From: Takakia lepidozioides
Lineage: Eukaryota; Plantae; Bryophyta
Length of the DNA: 64,000 nucleotides
Assembly (NCBI GenBank): GCA_030704615.1
Contig: CM060731.1
Span: 63,798,001 to 63,862,000, forward strand
Reading direction: 5' to 3'
Shown here one piece after another: positions 10,782-22,594 of the stretch; the first letter of the stretch is position 1; every line of letters begins with the position of its first letter. Position numbers and translations under genes: made by a program. The notes under the pieces were generated by a model. It searched no databases, was not told the origin of the DNA, and worked only from the letters and a program-made list of their open reading frames with translations.

Positions 10782-12332
10782 TTGCCATCGATTCTGCAGG
10801 CACCAAGCAAGGCCTTTGTTGCTGCTGTCACTCGAGCAGCAACGCGTGCTCCTGAGCCAAGAGGAGCGGATGTCGATTTTGATCCACAAAGGGGGGAAAC
10901 AAATCCACAGACAAGGCTTCCACAGTCCTTTACATTGGCTAAGACAATGCCACCTACGCCATCAATGGTACCCGCTCGCCCAAGTGTGTCAGAGGTAGAG
11001 CCACGAGTGTCATTGGGGAGAGTTGGTGTGGCTCGGGAAATGCCAGTGGGTGGTACTGCAAAAGCAAGGTGCAGCCAATGCATTTTTAGGGGCGGCTACG
11101 GCGGTTTGCCAACTCCATTATTTTCTGCAATGACCATTGCAATATCGGGGATTCGGCCAGCTCCCGTGTTCAGACTAGCAACTAGACTATCTGAGAGTGG
11201 TGATGCATCGACACTATCTGCGGAGATAGCAGATAAGGTACAGTCTATGGATGCTTTGGATTCAAGGGTGAAGTCAGCCACAGCTGCGCCATGGCAAGCG
11301 GCAGCTGCAAGGTTGCAGGAGTTGCCAGCTAGGCCAGCCATTGAGCGCAGCATGGTGATTCATGGGGTAGTCTTGGTGGACAATCAGGATGGAGTGTTTC
11401 AATTGGGTGGCCCAACCGGGAGGAGATATAGGCCACTGTGGGTCCTGTTGGATTCGGGAGCACAACCATTAATGTTGGGGAGAGCAGCAACTGCAGGCTT
11501 GGGCTTTACAGAGGCAGACTTGGAGCCTTGCCCTTTCCAAATTCAAAAATCTTTGGGTGGTTCAGAGAAGACGCGAGGGATTACATGCCATGAGCTCTAC
11601 ATTCGATTGCAGCCGGATCATCCTACGGATGGCTCAGTCATGAGAGCTAAAGCCATTGTTACGGACGCGATGTCCTATGATGTGCTTGTTGGTGGGGCTG
11701 TGTTATACCCCATGGGATTTACTTTGGACTTTTGGGAGGAAACGGCATCCTACAGGGCGGAGTGGCAGTCAGGAGATGACCGACGTGCACTGCTCCCAGT
11801 GCGGTTTATTGGGAATATAGCAGTAGATCATATGAACATGATGCCCACATTGGCTGCATTCTCGGGTGTGGTGGCTTGGGGTGGTGAGCTCTTGGAGGGC
11901 AACAGCCATGCAGATGATAGGCCACCATCTGATGAGGACAAACAACTGGCATACAAGGCTGAGTTGCTTCCTCTTGTGCCTGTGCATATTCCACTGTGGG
12001 GTACGGTTGGGAATTTGCAGCGAGTAGCAGGCGAGAGTGTGCACCAAGCATGGCAGGAGACCTTTCCATTGATGAGTAAGGAGAGTTCACTGACATTACC
12101 TGGATCTTCTCAGTTAGCTCCTTTGGACACAGTGCCTATTACGTGGCAACCATCTGACTCAGGGATTTGTTTGCTAGACCTGTTTGGAGGCATGAGCACT
12201 GGGCTTATAGGAGTGTTGCAAGCTGGGATTAAAGTACGAAAATACTTGTATGTGGAGAAGGATGAGATAGCTCGGCATATCTCTATGCGCCAGGTGGCTA
12301 TGGTGGAGCTGCAAGTGGAGGCTACGCCATAG
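10782..12332 (+). pseudogene. Open frame with aspartic protease and the N-terminal part of a DNMT3-like C5 cytosine methyltransferase
   Basis: RPLWVLLDSGAQPLMLG (protease); ICLLDLFGGMSTGLIGVLQAGIKVRKYLYVEKDEIA at about 12165-12272 resembles C5-MTase motifs I-II; catalytic PC and ENV motifs absent. Confidence 0.75.
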
Positions 12333-13063
12333 TCAGGGTGGACGGATAAAGCCAAGAGGTTGCTATCTAGCAACCAAAGGATGTGTCTCCTACTTCCAAG
12401 CCTGGTGTACCCAAGGTTGCAGTCACTGAGGACAACTGGGAACCAGATATTGGACCTACAGTCACTGGAGGAGAGAGGCGGAGGATCCAGCAATTTCTAA
12501 GGGCTTATAGAAATTGCTTTACCTTCGGTTTGAACGATTTGAGGAGTTTGAAGGGCCAAGAGATTTGTATTGATTTGGCAAGTGACACGCCAATTTTTCG
12601 AATGCCCTACATGTATAGTGACATGGAGAGGTCTTTGATCCAGTCACGGACTGTGGAGTTGTTCGAAGCTGGATTGGTGGAGTTATCAGGAATATGCCTT
12701 GACAACGGTGATGCCAACTAAGAAGGATATATATGACAATTGGACAGAAAAGAGGATGTGTGAGGACTACCGACTGTGAACCGTCAGACTAAGTCCGATA
12801 GATATGTCATTCCAACTCTAGAGGAGATCTTTGATGCCATTGGGTATGCAAAGGTGTTTAGCACATTGGACTTGCGATCCGGTTACCACCAGTTGTCAAT
12901 CAAAGAGGCTGACAAGCAAAAGACGGCATTCTGGGGGATTGACCAACATGGGAATGATTGCTTGTACCAATGGCGGTTCCTACCGTTTGGGATGAAGAAT
13001 GCTCTTGCAGAGTTTCAGAGGGTCATGGATATGATTTTTGCGGGGTTAGACTTCGTCCGGTGC

Positions 13064-13627
13064 TGTCAAGGACGAAAACATGACTGAACACAAACAAGAG
13101 ATCAGATTAGAGATACAAGACTAGACAAGAAGTCAAGGTCGGCGTGGTCGTATGCATGATGAGTAAATATGAATCAAGACGATCTTTATAACAATGAACA
13201 ATAGTACAATATATTGGAACATGACTTGAATACTGGAATGCTAGAAACTAGACTGGAGTACCAGATACTGGAAACTGGGCTAGACTACTGGGAACTGGAC
13301 TGGAGTACTGGGAACTGGGAACAAGAGTAGCTTGAACTGGTGTTGGCGAGACTGAAGAGTGTCCAGTCTCGCCTCCTATATATATTGGCTACTAAGAAGC
13401 TTTCCCTATGGATGTTTCTTGCTGGAGAAGTTTTCAAGATTAAACAAAGGTTTCTTGATGGAGAAGCTTTCTTAAACAAATGAGGTATCTTGATGGAGAA
13501 GTTTCCTCCAAAGGAAGCTTCATGACTCCCGGTAACTTGGTAAGTCATGGTAACTTTCGGTAACATGATAACTTGATAACTTCTGGTATTTATTCCTGGT
13601 AAGTTCCTCTGGGCTATGTCCATGACA
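13064..13627 (-). repeat. 3' LTR of chromovirus (564 bp)
   Basis: Direct repeat of 18782-19451; adjacent PPT. Confidence 0.93.
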
Positions 13628-14254
13628 TCACCCCCTCTTCTAGCGCCGAGTTCATCGAGGAACGGTAAAATCTTGGACTTGCTTAGAGTTGGAGAAAATC
13701 CAAAATCCGGCGAATGGTACTTGTCAAGTATTCGGCTCTTCGTTCTTGACTCAAATGATTTATAGATCCCTGCAACCATCGATAGTGTCCAACACCTTGA
13801 ACTTGGGACGACGTAGTGATTCGAGCATTCTGATTTTTGAAACTGCCTTCAAACATGATTTCATTGCCCTTTGGGTCCGAAGCCTCAACTTCCAACAGAA
13901 TTATCAGACTTCGAGTAGGCTCCACTTGCTGTCGTACGGTGTCCAGACGATGAAGTACGCGTCGCACTGGTGGCCCATCATCTTGAGAGCGTCAACGTGA
14001 TGTTGAAGGTCGTGAGAGTCGGAACGGCTGATCTGGTAGCTGGAAAAGTGACAACTCCAATGTATCTGGTTCCTGTGACTCCATACTGCCAATACAAGAT
14101 GCAAGAGTGCTGGACGTGTAGCTATATATACTGATGTGTGGTGCTCCTCTCTCCTTGGCGTGTATCAGGTACATTGAATGTGAAGTCTTCACCTTGAAGC
14201 TAACTTGGCTGACATCATCGTTGTGACGTCTTATTGACGTGTAGCTCGGGGCTT

Positions 14255-17200
14255 GGCTAGATATCGTTGATGAAACTCTTGGACTTTGTCAGATGCATTG
14301 GCGAGGTTGGATGAAGATTCCCACGTTCGTTCACTGATGTCATTTCCAATGTACGAAATACTCAAGACGTTCATACTTGATGCGAGAGTCTAGGACTTCG
14401 TCGACTTCATACTCAATTTCCTGATTGACTTCGATTGGTGGAGGTGGTACGGAGGCTCTCCCTGGAATATTCGATGGATGATACAACTCCAATAATGAAA
14501 CATGAAAGACTAGATGGATGTACATACTTCGTGGGAGTTCAAGCCGAAAACTGACTGGATTTATTTGTCGTATAATTTTGAATGGTCCCAGGTGTTGATA
14601 ATCCAACTTCCTTGATGGTCGCGAGGTTTGTATGTCCCGTCGAAGAAGCCACACACGATCTCCGACCTTGAACTGGGGTTGGAGTTGACGACGTTGATCT
14701 GCGTACTCCTTGTATTATTTTTGAGCTTCTGCGAGGTGGAATGTAAACTCCTTGTGAATCGTAGCGAGATGAGTAGCAAGGTTTTCTGCAGCAGGGCTTC
14801 CAACAGTCTTCATGTAGAAAGGGTTTGCTCGAGGATGATGACCATAATTAGAGAAAAATGGAGTGTTTGGTCGAAGAATGTATAGTGTTGTTGTAGGCAA
14901 ACTCAGCCAATGACAGAAGGTCCATCCAATTATCTTGGTAATAATTTATCGTACATCGAAGATATTACTCCAAAATCTGGTTTACACGTTCGGTTTGACC
15001 ATCAGTCTATTGATGATTAGCTGTAAAGAGGTTGATCTTAGTATCCAATATATGAAATAATCCCCTCCAGAAATTTGATATGAACTGTGGTCCTCGATCA
15101 GATACGATGTTCTTTGGGAGTCCATAAATGCGGTAGATATTATTGAGGAAGAGTCTTGCAGTTTCCTCGCTGGTAACCGTCTTATTACATGGAATGAAAT
15201 GTGTCATCTTCGTAAAACGATCTACAATAACAAGGATTGAATCGGTGGTCTTGGAAATTGGAAGGTCCGTAATAAAGTCCATAGACACGGACGACCATGG
15301 ACCCTTGGGAATGGGTAATGGTTGAAGAAGGCCGTAAGGTCGATGTCGTGGTCCCTTCGATCTAGCACACGTGTCGCAAGATTTTATAAATTCTTTCACG
15401 AGTTTTCACATCTGCGGCCACCAGTAGTCCTTGGATATCAATTCCATTGTTTTGTTGAAGCCGAAATGTCCTGTAGCCGGAAGATCATGACATGTTTGAA
15501 GAATTCAAAGTCGTGTAGGTCCTGGAGGTACATAGAGAAGTCCCTTGAAATAAAGTAAGTCATCTTTGAATTCGAAGTCGTTTGTAACATGTGGGTTGTC
15601 TCGAGGTCGATTTAGTTGACTTCGTAGTGTCGTAGCCAATTGGTCGCTCTTCAGTGCCTCCTGAATCTCCTTTATGATCTCTACATCGTCATAGGTGAAC
15701 ATGGATAACATATTCACTTGGAGATTTGCTGGTTTCAAGATGATGGAATTTTGTTGGTCAAAAGCTGCATCCCCTTCTTTTGGCGTAAGATACGATCGTC
15801 GAGATAGAGCATTTGGTTTTCCTTGAAGATGTCCGGGACGGTAGGTAATAACAAAATCAAACCTTGCTAGTGACATACTCCATCTCTCTTGACGTCGATT
15901 CAAAACACGAGCACTCATAAAATACTCGAGGTTTTTGTGATCGGTATAGACTGTGACCTGATATTTAGCTCCCTCCAATAGATGACGTCACTCCTCAAAA
16001 GCATCAATAATCGCTAGAAGTTCTTTGTCATGGATTTCATAATTGATCTCCACAGTGGAAAAATTTGCGAGAACAAAAACCAACAGGATGAAGTCGGCCA
16101 TCTGTACAGTATTGAGAGAGTACCGCGTCAAGTGCAAAGTCCGATGCATCTGCTTCCAAAAAGAATGGTTTAGATGGGTCTGCATGTACCAGTATTGGAG
16201 CCGTTGTAAATGCCTACTTCAGCCTTTCAAATGTTTGGTCAGCTACCTCGTCCCATATGTACAAATTCTTCATTCCCTGTGAGTCGTGTCAATGGTGCAG
16301 CAATTTTGGAGTAATCCTTGATGAAGATTCTATAGAAATTTGCAAATCCTAGAAAACATTGTACATCTCGGACCGAAATTGGTTTAATCCACTCGATGAT
16401 GGTTCGTATTTTCTTCTGATCCATGAAGACTCATTTGTCGGAAATAATGTAGCCCAAAAATTCGACTTCAGATTGGTGGAAAAAACATTTTTTCAACTTG
16501 GCATATAGTCATTTTTCCCTCAATTTATCAAGGACAAGGCGTATATGACGACCATGTTCTTCTTCATTCTGTGAAAATATCAAAATGTCGTCCAAATAGA
16601 TGACTACAAAGTCATCTAAAAATTCTCGAAAGATGTCATTCATCATGTGTTGAAAAATTGTTGGAGCATTTGTAAGACGGAAAGACATAACACTGTATTC
16701 GAAATGTCCGTACCTTGTGCAAAAAGCAGTCTTCCATTCGTCTTCTTCTTTTATTCGTACAAGGTTGTAAGCTCCTCTCAAGTCGATCTTTGTGAAAAAA
16801 TTTGCTCGTCCAAGTTGTTCGAGGAGTCCGGAAATCAGCGGTAGTGGGTAACGATTTTTAATAGTGACTTTGTTGAGCCCACGATAGTCCACACACATGC
16901 ATAACGATCCATCATTCTTCTTCATAAATAAGATAGGTGCTCCCGCGGGTGATTTTGAATGTCGAATGAAATTCTTTGACAAATTTTCATCAATGTATTC
17001 GCGTAAAGCAGCCAGCTCCGTCTGAGATAAATTGTAGATTGGGCCGAATGGTGGTTGAGCTCCCTCTTGCAACTCAATTGCACAATCATAAGGTCGATGT
17101 TCTGGCAATATGTCAGCATTTTTCTTCTCGAAGACATCCTTGAAATCTTGATATTGAGTAGGTAATATCGAAGTACCTTGGTCTGTTGTGGTTTTGATCG

Positions 17201-18743
17201 GAGTCGCATAAAGTGCAAATGTCGCGTCTTTCTTCGTAGCTCTCATAAAGGCTCTAGCTCGAAGAAATAAGGGTTGAACACTTTGGTACTTTTGCATTTT
17301 TGTCTTGCCGAAATTTTTCGTGATCGCCAGTCAATGTCAGGATTATGAAGTATAAACCAGGGAAGTCCAAGGATCACATGATTCGTTGGAGACTGGATGA
17401 CATTGAAAACAATCTGTGATGCTTGATCTTTAAGCTTCACTTCAAGGGGTCGAGTTTCATGGTCAATATTTCCTGAGGCTAACGGTCGTTCATCGATGAC
17501 TTCAACAGGGGCTAAGAATTTCTTTCTTACGAGCGTTAAATTGTGTTGCTTTGCAAAGTCTTTATCAATAAAACACGCTGAAGCGCCCGAGTCCAAAAGT
17601 GTTTCTATGGAAATATCTTGATTTTGCATCCTGATCTTTACTGGAACTGTGAAACAAGGTACAGGGTCTGGAGGTAGAAAGAGATTTTTTTTTGGTGAGG
17701 AATTTGGGGTGTCCAGTCGCATGGTCCCTACTGTGACTGGACATCTTCGTTTTCCGACCTCCTCGTATCGAACACTTGAGGTATGCCCCGAGCTTTGAAT
17801 CTTCTCTTGTTGAGACAGTTTAATGCTATGTGATCATCTTCTCCGCAATAAAGACATAATCCATTTGAGTGTCGTCTTTGTTTTCTTGTGACGACAGTGG
17901 CTTGAATTGGACAACATCAATATGCATAGGATCATTACCGGATGTCTGATGGATCGTTGTGTTTGGTGCCGTAGTAGCAGCGACATGATGCGTTGTCGAC
18001 CATTCAGATCGCTTCTCTTGACATATTTCAAACAAACGATTATCGCATGCAATGACTTGGGTGATGAATTCACTCAGTGTACTCACGTTTTCTTTTAGGC
18101 CGCATCGAAACTGACTAATGAGGCTCTTCTCATTCCAGTCGAAGTCGCATGCAAGTTGTCGAAATTCGGCAGCATAAACGGAAGCTGGACGTGTTCTTTG
18201 TCAAAGATTTCGCATCTTTATCTCTGCAATTCTCTCTCTATCATTCTCTCCAAACGTTGCAGTGAACTTGGACATGAACGCTTCAAAATTGCATAGTAAA
18301 TGCGAATTTTTCTCTAATAGCGGTGCAAACCAAGATAGGGCAGTGCCTGTTAGAAGGGTGCCCACAAATCCCACTTGAATACCTTCATCAGGGTAGCGTT
18401 GTGGATGTAGTCGTAGGAACAATCGTACTTGTTGAACAAAACCGCGAAATCTTGATCTCGTCCCATCAAATTTTTCGGGCATGCTGACCTTTGGTTCCCT
18501 TGTAATCTGTTGAAGATTCGGAGGAACCGTTGCAGTAGGATTCGTTGTAGTAGGGACTTGTAAGGTTGAAGATCAATTGTTCGACTCCTTCAACTTTGAA
18601 ATTTGTTGTTGCAAATTGTTCAGAGCGTTGCCAAGATCTTGAGACTGATCACCTTGTAGTTGGGCAGTAGAGGCACGGAGTTCTTGCATCTGGAGCTGAA
18701 GACTTTGTAATGTGGCGACCATTTCCCCAAATGTGCCTTCCAT
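14255..18743 (-). pseudogene. gag-pol of chromovirus with stops and frameshifts
   Basis: ORF fragments 18201-18482 (gag), 17243-17722 (PR), 16509-17297 (RT), 15505-16424 (RH), 15007-15399 (INT), 14340-14654 (GPF plus chromodomain); 3' end approximate. Confidence 0.9.
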
Positions 18744-18781
18744 CTTAACTGACTAAGAAACAAATTTTAGTCTTGCCAAAC

Positions 18782-19451
18782 TGTTAAGGACGAGAACATG
18801 ACTGAACACAAACAAGAGATCAGACTAGAGATACAAGACTAGACAAAAAGTCAAGGTCGGCGTGGTCGTATGCACGATGAGTAAATATAAATCAAGACGA
18901 TCTTTATAACAATGAACAATAGTACAATATATTGGAACATGACTTGAATACTGGAATGCTAGAAACTGGACTGGAGTACCAGATATTGGAAACTGGACTT
19001 GGAGTACCAGATACTGGAAACTGGGATAGACTACTGGGAACTGGACTGGAGTACTGGGAACTGGAAACAAGAGTAGCTTGAACTGGTGTTGGCGAGACCG
19101 AAGAGTGTCCAGTCTCGCCTCCTATATATATTGGCTACTAAGAAGCTTCCCTAAGAAGCTTTCCCTATGGAGGTTTCTTGCTGGAGAAGTTTCCAAGATT
19201 AAACAAAGATTTCTTGATAAAGAAGCTTCCTTAAACAAAGGAGGTATCTTGATGGAGAAGTTTCCTCCAAAGGAAGCTTCATGAGCAGTTTCCCAAGTTA
19301 CTCTTGATAATTTAGTAAACTCCCGGTAACTTGGTAAGTAATGGTAGATCATGGTAAATCACGGTAAATCATGGTAATTTTCGGTAACATGATAACTTGA
19401 CAACTTCTGGTATTTACTCCTGGTAAGTTCCTTTGGATTATGTCCGTGACA
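18782..19451 (-). repeat. 5' LTR of chromovirus (670 bp)
   Basis: Direct repeat of 13064-13627 with extra internal segments; TATA-like TATATATA on the minus strand near 19123-19130. Confidence 0.93.
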
Positions 19452-22097
19452 GGTGCTACATTGATGACATCATCATCTTTAGTGCTACGATTGAGGAGCA
19501 CGAGATACACCTTCAGATGGTGTTTGAGCGCTTGAGAGCGCATGGGTTGAAATTGCACCCTGGGAAGTGCAAGTTCTTCCACAACCAGATTGAGTATCTG
19601 GGCCACATGATATAGCCTGGAGGATTGGGTGTTCAAAAGACAAAGGTGGAGGCCATTGCATGCATTCCACGCCCCATTGATGTTAGCATAGTTCGTGCTT
19701 TCATGGGGTTGGCAAACTACTATCGACGGTTTGTCAAGGGATTTAGCATCATTGCAAAAGCTCTTACCAAGTTGACCAAGGTGGGTCAGGAGTGGCAGTG
19801 GGAGGAAGAGCATGAGAAAGCCTTTGACTTCTACACCTATTCGGGGGCGGTCTTTCCAGCTACATACGGATTGGAGTATGTTGGGGATTGGAGCAGTGCT
19901 TACACAGGTGGATGATAAGGGAAGAGAGTTCATAATGGCATATGCTAGCCGCTCGAACAATGATGCCGAGGCGAAGTATAGTTCCTATGAAGGGGAGTGT
20001 CTAGCACATTTTAGATGCTACCTCTATGACAATCTCTTCACCATTGTCACGGATCACCAACCATTGAAGTGGTTGATGGAGTCAGACAAGCTTACAGGGA
20101 AGCTTACACGGTGAGCATTTATACTTCAAGAGTACGATTTCTAGGTGCATCGAGCCGGAATAGTCAACCGGGATGCAGATGGAGTCGCAATCCATGCACA
20201 AGTGAGCTTGATGATACAGGAGCTCGTTGGCATGGTGAGACGGACGAGAAGATGGTGCCAGGATGACACGCATCTGTCTTTTTATGCATTCTAGCAATGG
20301 AGCTCAAGCTGGTCTATCCCATGCGATTGGTCATAGAGATAGTGTGCATGATGATCCAGAAATCAGTGAGGAGCTTGGTGGTGCTAAGGATGTACATGAA
20401 GATGCAACAGTATTGGCCTACCATCGTACTAGAGAGATAACAGCCAGTGTGACTGCTAAGGAGAGAAATCGGATCCTACAACGAGCCAAGAGGTTCAAGT
20501 GGGGGGGGGCTCTCCTACTCCGAGTATGGGAGGATGGAAGAGTGAGGATTGTGCCTCATCCAACACAACGAGCGCGATTGGTACGCCATGCCCATGAGGA
20601 GTTGGGACATTTTGGGGTGCGGCGCACTCATAGTTTGCTGCAAGGACAGTATTGATGGCGGGGCATGCACACAGATGTGCAACAGTTAGTGGCAATGTGC
20701 ATGTTGTGTGATAGAGTGCGGACTTCTTTCAATACACATACTCCACATTTGCATCCTTTACCCATTATGAGTTTGGGCTATCGTTGGAGTCTTGACTTTG
20801 CAGGCCCATTGCCACTAACGATTCGCCATAACAAGTATGTGCTGGTGATGGTGGAACATTTCTCCAAATGGATTGAACTGGTGGCATTGCCTGACAAGGC
20901 AAGTGAGGGGGCTGCGTATGCATTCTTAGATTAAGTGTTTAGCCAATTTGGTGCTCCAGCCAAGGTACTCACGGACCAGGGGAGAGAGTTCTTGGGGGAG
21001 TTTCAGGCTTTGTGTGAGCAAACCTTGATAGATCACCACACTACTTCTCGGGATCATCCCGAGGCTGATGGCTTGGCCGAGAGGGTTGTGCAAACAGTCA
21101 AACGAGGCTTGCGCAAATATGGCTTGCAGAAGGGACACTTGGGAGATTGGGACCTTCAGCTACCTTGGTTGGCCATGGGTTACAGGTTTAGCAAGCAAGC
21201 ATCACTTGCCTCGTTCTTGCCTTATTTCTTTCTCTTTGGCCGAGAGCCAGATTTGCCTGCATCTATTCGCATGGAGACTGCAGTAGTCCTCAACCTTGAT
21301 GATCCGGATGTGTGGACACAAACATATGCCCAACGGGCAGAGTTGTTCAAGAGAGTCATGTTTATGGCTTTTGAGAACCTTGCTATTGCCCAACACCAAG
21401 ACTCATTGCGGTATGCCACTATACGTGGAGGGGGATATCGGCCAGGTGTTCGGCGTTTCCATCCTGGGGACTATGTGTATCTGCAGCAGACAGCGCCTAC
21501 GACCTTGGATGTCACAGCAGGTCGTGTGATTCTAAGGGTCCGGGAGGTGTTGCCTTCAGGAGTGTTGATTCTGGAGGGTCAAGATGACATGGTATGGAAG
21601 GACCATGTGCACAATTGTGCGCCATGTCACCTTCCACATGTAGATGAGAAGATAGATCCCAACCTTGCAGTGGTACCTGCAGGGTTGTATTGCATGCTAT
21701 GTGGGCATGCTGGTAGTGCCGCGACCATGTTGGTGTGTGACAAATGCTCAAGGGGGTGGCACATGGGATGCTTGATACCGCCACTTGAGGAGGTTCCTAG
21801 TGGAGAATGGTTATGTCCACGATATCTTGGACAGAGGTAATGGGGCATGACAGTGGCGAGGTTGACAAGTGATCCAAGGTCTAGCTAACGAGAGTTCGAT
21901 GCCATGGATACCCAATTGAAGCCATGGATTGCAGGAAGACGAGTAACGATGATGGTACTTTTGCACCCGGCCTCTTGATCTATTGACTTCAGATAGTGGG
22001 ACTTGGGCGATTGATGACCAAACGATGATCTTATTGGGATGGATACTTGTCAGCTATCTGGTGTTAAAGGGACCTAATCACTGGCTAGGGGGGCGAT

Positions 22098-22590
22098 TGT
22101 GGTATAGCTTTCTAGGATTGTGTGCTTAGATTGTGGGTGGACAACGATGTATGTTGTGGCACGATGCTTAGGTGCACGACAGCTGTCATGGTTTTAGTCA
22201 TGGTTATCTAGAATTACCTACTTCTAGTTAACTAGGACATTTTAGATATTTATATTTATATTTTGTGTGTTGGGACTTCATTGGGTCTCACATGCCAAGT
22301 GAGGTGTCGAGCCTCACTTGGGACATGAGGATAGGTTTTCCCCTTGTGAGGATGGAGAAGGCTCATCTTCTTGTAGTTGAGCCTCCATGAGCTTCTCTCA
22401 CCTCCATAGCTCTAGGTATTGAGAGGGAGTGTGTTGAGGGCTTTGTAGGGTGGATTCCCTTAGCAAGGGTGCCCTTGGCTTGACTTAGTTTATGTGATAA
22501 AGTGGATTGTGGTATAGCTTTCTAGGATTGTGTGCTTAGATTGTGGTGGACAGCTATATATGTTGTGGCATGATGCTTAGATGCACGACA
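22098..22590 (+). repeat. Split direct repeat terminus, subfamily 2: B1 (22098-22181), GC, A2 (22184-22507), B2 (22508-22590)
   Basis: 83-84-bp TG...CA repeats with a few differences; junction CGACAGCTGTCA; A2 matches A1 at 6854-7171. Confidence 0.92.
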
Positions 22591-22594
22591 ATTG

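Larger units (their letters stand above)
13064..19451 (-). mobile_element. Full-length chromodomain-bearing Ty3/Gypsy LTR retrotransposon (Tcn1-like chromovirus), degenerate
   Basis: TG...CA LTRs 13064-13627 and 18782-19451; 5-bp TSD GGTGC (13059-13063, 19452-19456); PPT GAAGAGGGGGTGA (13628-13640, minus); gag PEKFDG, PR LLDSGAS, RT YLDD, INT, GPF, chromodomain EYEVDEVLDSR. Confidence 0.95.
12383..21840 (+). pseudogene. Disrupted RT-RNase H-integrase-PHD, split by nested element 13064-19451
   Basis: RT reads ...LDFVRC | YIDDIIIFS across the insertion; several stops and frameshifts; PHD CMLC..CDKC..WHMGC..CPRY. Confidence 0.9.
10754..22590 (+). mobile_element. Ty3/Gypsy-order retrotransposon (subfamily 2): gag tail, protease, DNMT3-like fragment, RT, RNase H, integrase, PHD, split direct repeats
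   Basis: PR VLLDSGA; RT FSTLDLRSGYHQ...YIDD; RH FQLHTDWS; INT core; PHD; PPT-like CTAGGGGGGCGAT; ends GCACGACA at 22590 followed by ATTG; left edge approximate. Confidence 0.92.

Noticed and set aside
10782-12332. Functional DNA methyltransferase gene
   Set aside because: Only motifs I-II are present; no PC or ENV motif, and a stop follows
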